Positions 10,801 through 22,778 of a stretch of DNA of 64,000 nt are shown here, one piece after another. Below the pieces are notes generated by a model. The model was not told where the DNA came from, did not search any database, and saw nothing but the letters and a program-made list of their open reading frames with translations. Made by a program: the position numbers and the translations under genes. The stretch lies in NCBI RefSeq assembly GCF_009914755.1, contig NC_060933.1; one strand, given 5' to 3'. The stretch is from the human T2T-CHM13v2.0 reference genome, Homo sapiens. How positions within the stretch are numbered: position 1 is the first letter of the stretch; every line of letters begins with the position of its first letter.

Positions 10801-13800
10801 TCTTCCGGAATGGAATGCAATGGAATGGAATGGAATGCAATGGATTCAACTCGATTGCAATGGAATGGAATAGAATGGAATAAAATGGAATGGAAAGGAA
10901 TGGAATGGAACGGAATGGAATGGAATGGAATGGAATGGAATGGAATAGAATGGAATTGAATGGAATGGAACGGAACGGAACGGAACGGAATGGAATGGAA
11001 TGGAATGGAATGGAATGGAATGGAATGGAATTGTATGGAATAGAATGGAATGGTACGGAATTGAATGGAATGGAAAGAATTGGAATGGAATGGAATGGAA
11101 TGGAATGAAATCAACCCGAGTGCAGAGGAATGTAATGGATCGGAATGCAATGGAATGGAATCATCCGGAATTGAATGGAATGGAATGGAATGGAATGGAA
11201 TGGAATCAACCCCAGTGCAATGGAATGGAGTGGAATGGAATGGAATGGAATGGAACAACACGAATGGAATGGAATGTAATGGAGAGTAAGGGAGTTGAAT
11301 AGAATCAACCCGAATGTAATGGAATGGAAGGGAACGTAATGGAATGGAATGGAGTGCAATGGAATGGAATCAACCCGAGTACAATGGAATAGAATGGAAT
11401 GGAATGGAATGGAATGGAATGGAATGGAATGGAATGGAATGGAATCAACCCGAGTGCAATGGAATGGAGAGGAATGGAATGGAATGGAATGGAAACTATC
11501 CGAATGGGATGGAATGTAATGAAGTGTAAGGGAATTGAATAGAAACAATCCGAATGTAATGGAATGCAATGGAACGGAATGCAATGTAATGGAATGGAAT
11601 GGAATGGAATGGAATGCAATGGAATGGAATCAACCCGAGTGCAATCGAATGGAATCGAATTGAATGGAATGCAATGGAATGGATTCAACTTGAATGGAAT
11701 GGAAAGAATGGAATCAACACGAGTGGAATGGCATGGAATGGAATGGAATCAACCCGAGTACAGGGGAATGGAATGGAATGGAATGCAATGGAATGGAATC
11801 ATCCGTAATGTAATGGAAAGGAATGGAATGGAATGGAATGGAATGGAATGGAATGGAATGGAATGGAATGGAATGGAATCAACTCGATTGCAATCGAATG
11901 GAATGGAATGGAATTAACCCGAATAAAATGGAATGGAATGGAACGGAACGGAACGGAACGGAATGGAATGGCATGGAATGGAACGGAACGGAACGGAATG
12001 GAATGGAATGGAATGGAATGGAATGGAATGGAATCAACGCGAGTGCAGGGGAATGGAATGGAATGGATTGCAATTGAATGGAATCTTCCGGAATGGAATG
12101 GAATGGAATGGAATGGAATGGAATGGAATGCAATGGATTCAACTCGATTGCAATGGAATGGAATAGAATGGAATGGAATGGAATGGAATGGAATGGAATT
12201 AACCCGAATAGAATGGAATGGAATGGAACGGAATGGAACGGAACGGAATGGAATGGAATGGAATGCAATGGAATGGAATGGAATGGAATGGAATGTTATG
12301 GAATGGAATGGAATGGAATGGAATCAACGCGAGTGCAGGGGAATGTAATGGAACGGAATGCAATGGAATGGAATCATCCGGAATGGAATGGAATGGAATG
12401 GAATCAACCCGAGTGCAATAGAATGGAGTGGAATGGAATGGAATGGAATGGAACAAACCGAATGGAATGGAATGTAATGGAGAGTAAGGGAGTTGAATAG
12501 AATCAATCCGAATGTAATGGAATGGAATGGAACGGAATGGAATGGAATGGAATGGAATGGAATGTGAAGGAATGGAATCAACCCGAGTACAATGGAATGG
12601 AATTGCAAGGAATGGAATGGAATGGAATGGAATGGAATGGAATGGAACTGAATGGATTGGAATTGAATGGAATGGAATGGCTTCAAACCGAATGGAAGGG
12701 AAAGGAATGGAATCAACACGATTGGAATGGAGTGGAATGGAATGGAATAGAATGGAATGGAATGGTACAGAATAGAATGGATTTCAACGAAATGGAATGG
12801 AATAGAATGGAATGGAATGGAATGGAATGGAATGGAATGGAATTGAATCGTTCCGAGTGGAATAGGAGGGAATGTATTCGAGGAATCAACCAGAGTGGAA
12901 TGGAAGGGAATGGAATGGAATGGAAACTAATAGAATGGAATCAACCCGAGTGGAATGGAATGGAAAGGACTGGAATGGAATGGAATGGAATGGAATGGAA
13001 TGGAATCAACTCGATTGTAATGGAATGGAATGGAATTGAATGGAATGGAATGGAATTAACCCGAATACAATGGAATGGAATGGAATGGAACGGAATGGAG
13101 TGGAATGGAATGGAATCTACCCGAGTGCAGGGGAATGGAATGGAATGGAATGCAATGGAATGGAATCATCCGGAATGGAATGGAATGGAATGGAATGCAA
13201 AGCAATGGAATCAACTCGATTGCAATGGAATGGAATGGAATGGAAAGGAATAGAATGGAATCAACCCGAGTGGAATGGAATGGAAAGGACTGGAATGGAG
13301 TGGAGTGCAATGGACCGGAATGGAATGGAATCAACTCGATTGGAATGGAGTGGAATGGAATTTGAATGGAATGGAATGGAATTAACCCGAATAGAATGGA
13401 ATGGAATGGAATGAAATGGAATGGAATGGAATGGAATTAACGCGAATAGAATGGAATGGAATGGAATGGAAAGGAATGGAAGGGAATGGAATGGAATGTA
13501 ATCAACCCGAGTGCAGGGGAATGGAATGGAATTGAATGCAATGCAATGGAATCATCCGGAATGGAATGGAATGGAATGGAATGGAATGGAATGGAATGGA
13601 ATGAACCCGATGTAATGGAATGGAATGGAATGGAATGGAAACATCCCGAATGGAATGGAATGTAATGGAGTGTAAGGGAATTGAATAGAATCAGTCCGAA
13701 TGTAATGGAATGGAATGGAATGAAATGGAATGGAATGGAATGGAATGGAATCAAACCGAGTGCAACGGAATGGATTCGAATGGAATGGAATGGAATGGAA

Positions 13801-14021
13801 AGGAATAGAATGGAATCAACCCGAGTGGAATGGAATGGAAAGGACTGGAATGGACTGGAATGGAATGGAATGGAATGGATTCAAATCGATTGGAATGGAA
13901 TGGAATGGAATGGAATCAACTCGATTGCAATGGAATGGAATGGAATGGAATGGAATGGAATGGAATGGAATGGAATGGAATGGAATTAACCCGAATAGAA
14001 TGGAATGGAATGGAATGGAAC

Positions 14022-14221
14022 GGAATGTAATGGAATGAAATGGAATGGAATCAACCCGAGTGCAGGGGAATGGAATGGAATGGAATGCAATGGAATGGAA
14101 TAATCCGGAATGGAATGGAATGGAATGTAATGGAATGAAATGGAATGGAATCAACCCGAGTGCAGGGGAATGGAATGGAATGGAATGCAATGGAATGGAA
14201 TAATCCGGAATGGAATGGAAT
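14022..14221 (+). repeat. 100 bp tandem duplication
   Basis: The rare variant TAATCCGG is at 14101 and 14201. TGTAATGGAATGAAAT and TCAACCCGAG (14051/14151) also repeat at +100. Confidence 0.88.
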
Positions 14222-14670
14222 GGAATGGAATGGAATGGAATGGAATTGAATGGAATCAAGTCGATTGCAATGGAATGGAATGGAATGGAAAGGAATGGAA
14301 GGGAATGGAATGGAATGTAATCAACACGAGTGCAGGGGAATGGAATGGAATGGAATGCAATGGAATGGAATCATCCGGAATGGAATGGAATGGAATGGAA
14401 TGCAATCAACCCGATGCAATGGAATGGAGTGGAATGGAATGGAATGGAATGGAAACATCCCGAATGGAATGGAATGGAATGGAGTGTAAAGGAATTGAAT
14501 AGAATCAATCCGAATGTAATGGAACGGAATGGAATGAAATGGAATTGAATGGAATGGAATGGAATCAACCCGAGTGCAATGGAATGGATTCGAATGGAAT
14601 GGAATGGAATGGAATGGATTCAACAAGAATGGAATGGAAAGGAATGGAATCAACCCGAGTGTAATGGCAT

Positions 14671-16332
14671 GGAATGGAATGGAATGGAATGGAATGGGAT
14701 GGAATGGAATGGTACGGAATAGAATGGAATGGAATGAAATGGAATGGAATGGAATGGAATGGAATGGAATGGAATGAAATGGAATGGAATGGAATGGAAT
14801 GGAATGGAATGGAATGGAATGAACCCGTGTGCAATGTAATGGAATGGAATGGAATGGAATGGATTCAACTCGAATGGAATCAACTCGATTGCAATGGAAT
14901 GGAATGGAATGGAAAGGAATAGAATGGAATCAACCCGAGTAGAAAGGAATGGAAAGGACTGGAATGGAGTGGAATGGAATGGAATGGAATTAACCCGAAT
15001 AGAATGGAATGGAATGGAATGGAACGGAATGTAATGGAATGGAATGGAATGGATTCAACCCGAGTGCAGGGGAATGGAATGGAATGGAATGCAATGGAAT
15101 GGAATCATCCGGAATGGAATGGAATGGAATGGAATGGAATGCAAAGCAATGGAATCAACTCGATTGCAATGGAATGGAATGGAATGGAAAGGAATAGAAT
15201 GGAATCAACCCGAGTGGAATGGAATGGAAAGGACTGGAATGGACTGGAATGGAATGGAACGGAATGGAATGGAATCAACTCGATTGGAATGGAGTGGAAT
15301 TGAATTTGAATGGAATTGAATGGAATTAACCCAAATACAATGGAATGGAATGGAATGGAATGGAATGGAATGGAATGGAATTAACCCGAATAGAATGGAA
15401 TGGAATGGAATGGAAAGAAATGGAAGGGAATGGAATGGAATGTAATCAACCCGAGTGCAGGGGAATGGAATGGAATTGAATGCAATGGAATGGAATCATC
15501 CGGAATGGAATGGAATGGAATGGAATGGGATGGAATGGAATGGTACGGAATAGAATGGAATGGAATGAAATGGAATGGAATGGAATGGAATGGAATGGAA
15601 TGGAATGAAATGGAATGGAATGGAATGGAATGGAATGGAATGGAATGGAATGAACCCGTGTGCAATGTAATGGAATGGAATGGAATGGAATGGATTCAAC
15701 TCGAATGGAATCAACTCGATTGCAATGGAATGGAATGGAATGGAAAGGAATAGAATGGAATCAACCCGAGTAGAAAGGAATGGAAAGGACTGGAATGGAG
15801 TGGAATGGAATGGAATGGAATTAACCCGAATAGAATGGAATGGAATGGAATGGAACGGAATGTAATGGAATGGAATGGAATGGATTCAACCCGAGTGCAG
15901 GGGAATGGAATGGAATGGAATGCAATGGAATGGAATCATCCGGAATGGAATGGAATGGAATGGAATGGAATGCAAAGCAATGGAATCAACTCGATTGCAA
16001 TGGAATGGAATGGAATGGAAAGGAATAGAATGGAATCAACCCGAGTGGAATGGAATGGAAAGGACTGGAATGGACTGGAATGGAATGGAACGGAATGGAA
16101 TGGAATCAACTCGATTGGAATGGAGTGGAATTGAATTTGAATGGAATTGAATGGAATTAACCCAAATACAATGGAATGGAATGGAATGGAATGGAATGGA
16201 ATGGAATGGAATTAACCCGAATAGAATGGAATGGAATGGAATGGAAAGAAATGGAAGGGAATGGAATGGAATGTAATCAACCCGAGTGCAGGGGAATGGA
16301 ATGGAATTGAATGCAATGGAATGGAATCATCC
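14671..16332 (+). repeat. 831 bp tandem duplication (14671-15501 | 15502-16332)
   Basis: Identical ORFs at +831 (14849/15680, 14974/15805, 15044/15875). Markers GGGAT 14696/15527 and CATCC 15497/16328 are also 831 apart. Confidence 0.93.
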
Positions 16333-19300
16333 GGAATGGAATGGAATGGAATGGAATGGAATGGAATGGAATGGAATGGAATGAAACCGATGCAATGGAA
16401 TGGAATGGAATGGAATGGAAACATCCCGAATGGAATGGAATGTAATGGAGTGTAAGGGAATTGAATAGAATCAGTCCGAATGTAATGGAATGGAATGTAA
16501 TGAAATGGAATGGAATGGAATGGAATGGAATCAAACCGAGTGCAATGGAATGGATTCGAATGGAATGGAATGGAATGGAAAGGAATAGAATGGAATCAAC
16601 CCGAGTGGAATGGAATGGAAAGGACTGGAATGGACTGGAATGGAATGGAATGGAATGGATTCAAATCGATTGGAATGGAATGGAATGGAATGGAATGGAA
16701 TCAACTCGATTGCAATGGAATGGAATGGAATGGAATGGAATGGAATGGAATGGAATGGAATGGAATGGAATGGAATTAACCCAAATAGAATGGAATGGAA
16801 TGTAATGGAACGGAATGTAATGGAATGAAATGGAGTGGAATCAACACGAGTGCAATCGAATGGAATCGAATGCAATGGAATGCAATGGAATGGATTCAAC
16901 TTGAATGGAATGGAAAGAATGGAATCAACACGAGTGGAATGTCATGGAATGGAATGCAGTGGAATGAAATCAACCCGAGTCCAGGGGAATGGAATGGAAT
17001 AGAATGCAATGGAATGGAATCATCGGTAATGTAATGGAAAGGAATGGAATGGAATGGAATGGAATGGAATGCAATGGAATGGAATGGAATGCAATCAACT
17101 CGATTGCAATCGAATGGAATGGAATGGAATTAACCCGAATAGAATGGAATGGAATGGAATGGAACGGAACGGAACGGAACGGAACAGAATGGAATGGAGT
17201 GGAATGGAATGGAATGGAATGGAATGGAACGGAAAGGAACGGAATGGAATGGAATGGAATGGAATGGAATGGAATGGAACGGAACGGAACGGAATGGAAT
17301 GGAATGGAATGGAATGGAATGGAATTGAAAGGAATAAACGCGAGTGCAGGGGAATGGAATGGAATGGAATGCAATGGAATGGAATCTTCCGAAATGGAAT
17401 GGAATGGAATGGAATGGAATGGAATGGATTCAACTCGATTGCAATGGAATGGAATAGAATGGAATGGAATGGAATAGAATGGAATCAACCCGAGTGCAGG
17501 GGAATGTAATGGAACGGAATGCAATGGAATGGAATCATCCGGAATGGAATGGAATGGAATGGAATGGAATGGAATGGAATGGAATGGAATCAACCCGAGT
17601 GCAATGGAATGGAGTGGAATGTAATGGAATGGAAAGGAACAACCCGAATGGAATGGAATGTACTCGAGAGTAAGGGAGTTGAATAGAATCAATCCGAATA
17701 TAATGGAATGGAACGGAATGGAATGGAATGGAATGGAATGGAATGGAATGGAATGGAATGCAATGGAATGGAATCAACCCGAGTGCAATGGAATGGAATG
17801 GAATGGAATGGAATGGAATGGAATGGAATGGAATGGAATCAACCCGAGTGCAATGGAATGGAGAGGAATGGAATGGAATGGAATGGACACTACCCGAATG
17901 GAATGGAATGTAATGGAGTGTAAGGGAATTGAATAGAATCAATCCGAATGGAATGGAATGGAATGGAACGGAATGTAATGTAATGGAATGGAATGGAATC
18001 AACCCGAGTGCAGGGGAATGGAATGGAATGGAATGCAATGGAATGGAATCATCCGGAATGGAATGGAATGGAATGCAATGGAATGGAATGGAATGGAATC
18101 AACCCGAGTGCAATGGAATGGAGTGAAATGGAATGGAATGGAATGGAAACAACCAGAATGGATTGGAATATAATGGAGTGTAAGGGAATTGAATAGAATC
18201 AATCTGAATGTAATGAAATGGAATGGAACGGAATGGAATGGAATGGAATGGAATGGAATGGAATGGAATGGAATGCAATGGAATGGAATCAACCCGAGTG
18301 CAATCGAATGGAAACGAATGGAATGGAATGCAATGGAATGGATTCAGCTTGAATGGAATGGAAAGAATGGAATCAACACGAGTGGAATGGCATGGATTTT
18401 AATGCAATGGAATGGAATCAACCCGAGTACAAGTGAATGGAATGGAATGGAATGTAATGGAATTGAATCATCCGTAATGGAACGGAAAGGAATGGAATGG
18501 AATGGAATGGAATGGAATGGAATGGAATGGAATCAACTCGATTGCAATCGAATGGAATGGAATGGAATTAACCCGAATAGAATGGAATGGAAAGGAATGG
18601 AACGGAACGGAATGGAATGGAATGGAATGGAATGGAATGGAAAGGAAAGAAATGGAATGGAATGGAATGGAATGGAATGGAATCAACGCGAGTGCAGGGG
18701 AATGGAATGGAATGGAATGCAATGGAATGGAATCTTCCGGAATGGAATGGAATGGAATGGAATGGAATGCAATGGATTCAACTCGATTGCAATGGAATGG
18801 AATAGAATGGAATGGAATGGGATGGAATGGAATTAACCCGAATAGAATGGAATGGAATGGAATGGAATGGAATGGAACGGAACGGAACGGAATGGAATGG
18901 GATGGAATGGCATTGTATGGAATGGAATGGAATGGTACGGAATTGAATGGAATGGAAAGAATTGGAATGGAATGGAATCGAATGGAATGGTGTGGAATGG
19001 AATGGAATGGAATGGAATCAAACCGAGTGCAGGGGAATGTAATGGATCGGAATGCAATGGAATGGAATCATCCGGAATTGAATGGAGTGGAATGGAATGG
19101 AATGGAATGGAATCAACCCCAGTGCAATGGAACGGAGTGGAATGGAATGGAATGGAATGGAACAACACGAATGGAATGGAATGTAATGGAGAGTAGGGGA
19201 GTTGAATAGAATCAACCTGAATGTAATGGAATGGAATGGAACGTAATTGAATGGAATGGAATGGAATGCAATGGAATGGAATCAACCCGAGTACAATGGA

Positions 19301-22300
19301 ATAGAATGGAATGGATTGGAATGGAATGGAATGGAGTGGAATGGAATGGAATGGAATGGAATCAACCCGAGTGCAATGGAATGCAGAGGAATGGAATGGA
19401 ATGGAATGGAAATTACCCGAATGGGATGGAATGTAATGAAGTGTAAGGGAATTGAATAGAATCAATCCGAAAGTAATGGAATGGAATGGAACGGAATGGA
19501 ATGGAATGGAATGGAATGGAATGGAATGGAATGGAATGCAATGGAATGGAATCAACCCGAGTGCAATCGAATGGAATCGAATGGAATGGAATGCAATGGA
19601 ATGGATTCAACTTGAATGGAATGGAAAGAATGGAATCAACACGTGTGGAATGGCATGGATTGGAATGGAATGGAATGGAATCAACTCGAGTACAGGAGAA
19701 TGGAATGGAATGGAATGCAATGGAATGGAATCATCAGTAATGGAATGGAAAGGAATGGAATGGAATGGAATGGAATGGAATGAACTCGATTGCAATCGAA
19801 TGGAATGGAATGGAATTAACCCGAATAGAATGGAATGGAATGGAATGGAACGGAACGGAAAGGAATGGAATGGAATGGAATGGAACGGAACGGAACGGAA
19901 CGGAACGGAACGGAATGGAATGGAATGGAATGGAATGGAATCAACGCGAGTGCAGGGGAATGGAATGGAATGGAATGCAATGGAATGGAATCTTCCGGAA
20001 TGGAATGGAATGGAATGGAATGGAATGGAATGGAATGGAATGGAATAAACCCGAGTGCAATGGAATGGAGTGGAATGGAATGGAATGGAATGGAACAACC
20101 CGAATGGAATGGAATGTAATGGAGAGTAAGGGAGTTGAATAGAATCAATCCGAATGTAATTGAATGGAATGGAACGGAATGGAGTTGAATGGAATGGAAT
20201 GGAATGCAATGGAATGGAATCAACCCGAGTTCAATGGAATGGAGAGGAATGGAATGGAATGGAATGGAAACTACCCGAATAGAATGGAATGTAATGGAGT
20301 GTAAGGGAATTGAACAGAATCAATCCGAATGTAATGGAATGGAATGGAACGGAATGGAATGGAATGGAATGGAATGGAATGGAATGGAATGCAATGGAAT
20401 GGAATCAACCCGAGTGCAATCGAATGGAATCGAATGGAATGGAATGCCATGGAATGGATTCAACTTGAATGGAATGGAAAGAATGGAATCAACACGAGTG
20501 GAATGGCATGGATTGGAATGGAATGGAATGGAATGGAATCAACCCGAGTGCAGGGGAATGGAATGGAATGGAATGCAATGGAATGGAATCATCCGGAATG
20601 GAATGGAATGGAATGGAATGCAAAGCAATGGAATCAACTCGATTGCAATGGAATGGAATGGAAAGGAAAGGAATACATTGGAATCAACCCGAGTGGAATG
20701 GAATGGAAAGGACAGGAATGGAGTGGAATGGAATGGAATGGAATGGAATGGAATCAACTCGATTGGAATGGAATGGAATGGAATGGAATGGAATGGAATG
20801 GAATTAACCCGAATAGAATGGAATGGAATGGAATGGAACGGAACGGAATGGAATGGAATGGAATGGAATGGAATGGAATGAAAACAACCCGACTGCAGGG
20901 GAATGGAATGGAATGGAATGCAATGGAATGGATTCAACTTGAATGGAATGGAAAGAATGGAATCAACACGAGTGGAATGGCATGGATTGGAATGGAATGG
21001 AATGGAATCAACCCGAGTACAGGGGAATGGAATGGAATGGAATGCAATGGAATGGAATCATCCGTAATGGAATGGAAAGGAATGGAATGGAATGGAATGG
21101 AATGGAATGGAATCAACTCGATTGCAATCGAATGGAATGGAATGGAATTAACCCGAATAGAATGGAATGGAATGGAATGGAATGGAACGGAATGGAACGG
21201 AATGGAATGGATTGGAATGGAATGGAATGGAATGGAAGGGAAAGGAATGGAATGGAATGGAATGGAATGGAATGGAATGGATTGGAATGGAATGGAATCA
21301 ACGCGAGTGCAGGGGAATGGAATGGAATGGCATGCAATGGAATGGAATCTTCCGGAATGGAATGGAATGGAATGGAATAGAATGGAATGGAATGGAATGG
21401 AATGGAATAAACCCGAGTGCAATGGAATGGAGTGGAATGGAATGGAATGGAATGGAACAACCCGAATGGAATGGAATGGAATGGAGAGTAAGGGAGTTGA
21501 ATAGAATCCATCCGAATGTAATGGAATGGAATGGAACGGAATGGAATTGAATGGAATGGAATGGAATGCAATGGAATGGAATCAACCCGAGTTCAATGGA
21601 ATGGAGAGGAATGGAATGGAATGGAATGGAAACTACCCGAATTGAATAGAATGTAATGGAGTGTAAGGGAATTGAATAGAATCAATCCGAATGTAATGGA
21701 ATGGAATGGAACGGAATGGAATGGAACGGAATGGAATGGAATGGAATGGAATGGAATGGAATGGAATGCAATGGAATGGAATCAACCCGAGTGCAATCGA
21801 ATGGAATCGAATGGAATGGAATGCAATGGAATGGATTCAACTTGAATGGAATGGAAAGAATGGAATCAACACGAGTGGAATGGCATGGATTGGAATGGAA
21901 TGGAATGGAATGAACCCGAGTACAGGGGAATGGAATGGAATGGAATGCAATGGAATCAACCCGAGTGCAATGGAATGGAGTGGAATGGAATGGAATGGAA
22001 TGGAACAACCCGAATGGAATGGAATGTAATGGAGAGTAAGGGAGTTGAAAAGAATCAATCCGAATGTAATGGAATGGAATGGAACGGAATGGAATGGAAT
22101 GGAATGGATTGGAATGGAATGGAATGCAATGGAATGGAATCCACCCGAGTAAAATGGAATGGAATGGAATGGAATGGAATGGAATGGAATGGAATGGAAT
22201 GGAATGCAATGGAATGGAATCTTCCGGAATGGAATGGAATGGAATGCAATGGATTCAAGTCGATTGCAATGGAATGGAATAGAATGGACTGGAATGGAAT

Positions 22301-22778
22301 GGAATGGAATTAAACCGAATAGAATGGAATGGAATGGAATGGAACGGAACAGAACGGAACGGAACGGAGTGGAATGGAATGGAATGGAATTGTATGGAAT
22401 GGAATGGAATGGTACGGAATAGAATGTAATGGAAAGAATTGGAATGGAATGGAATGGAATGGAATGGAATGGAATGGAATGGAATCAACCCGAGTGCAGG
22501 GGAATGTAATGGAACGGAATGCAATGGAATGGAATCATCCGGAATGGAATGGAATGGAATGGAATGGAAGGGAATGGAATGGAATCAACCCGAACGCAGT
22601 GGAATGGAGTGGAATGGAATGGAATGGAATGGAACAACCAGAATGGAATGGAATGTAATGGAGAGTAAGGGAGTTGAATAGAATCAATCCGAATGTAAGG
22701 GAATGGAACGGAATGGAATGGAATGGAAAGGAATGGAATGGAATGGAATGCAATGGAATGGAATCAACCCGAGTACAA

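Larger units (their letters stand above)
10466..22778 (+). repeat. Diverged, non-HOR HSat3 block (12.3 kb)
   Basis: Same motif vocabulary but many private variants (GGATCGG, CAACCCCAGT, TCAGTCCG, TCAAATCG, GGAATTTGAAT). The ORF pattern does not recur at ~8.17 kb offsets. Confidence 0.9.

Noticed and set aside
10466-22778. Possible transposable element insertion with a target-site duplication
   Set aside because: The block is entirely satellite in the same orientation, with no terminal inverted repeats, LTRs, poly-A tail or coding capacity. The flanking direct repeat is a common satellite motif and fits homology-mediated recombination better.
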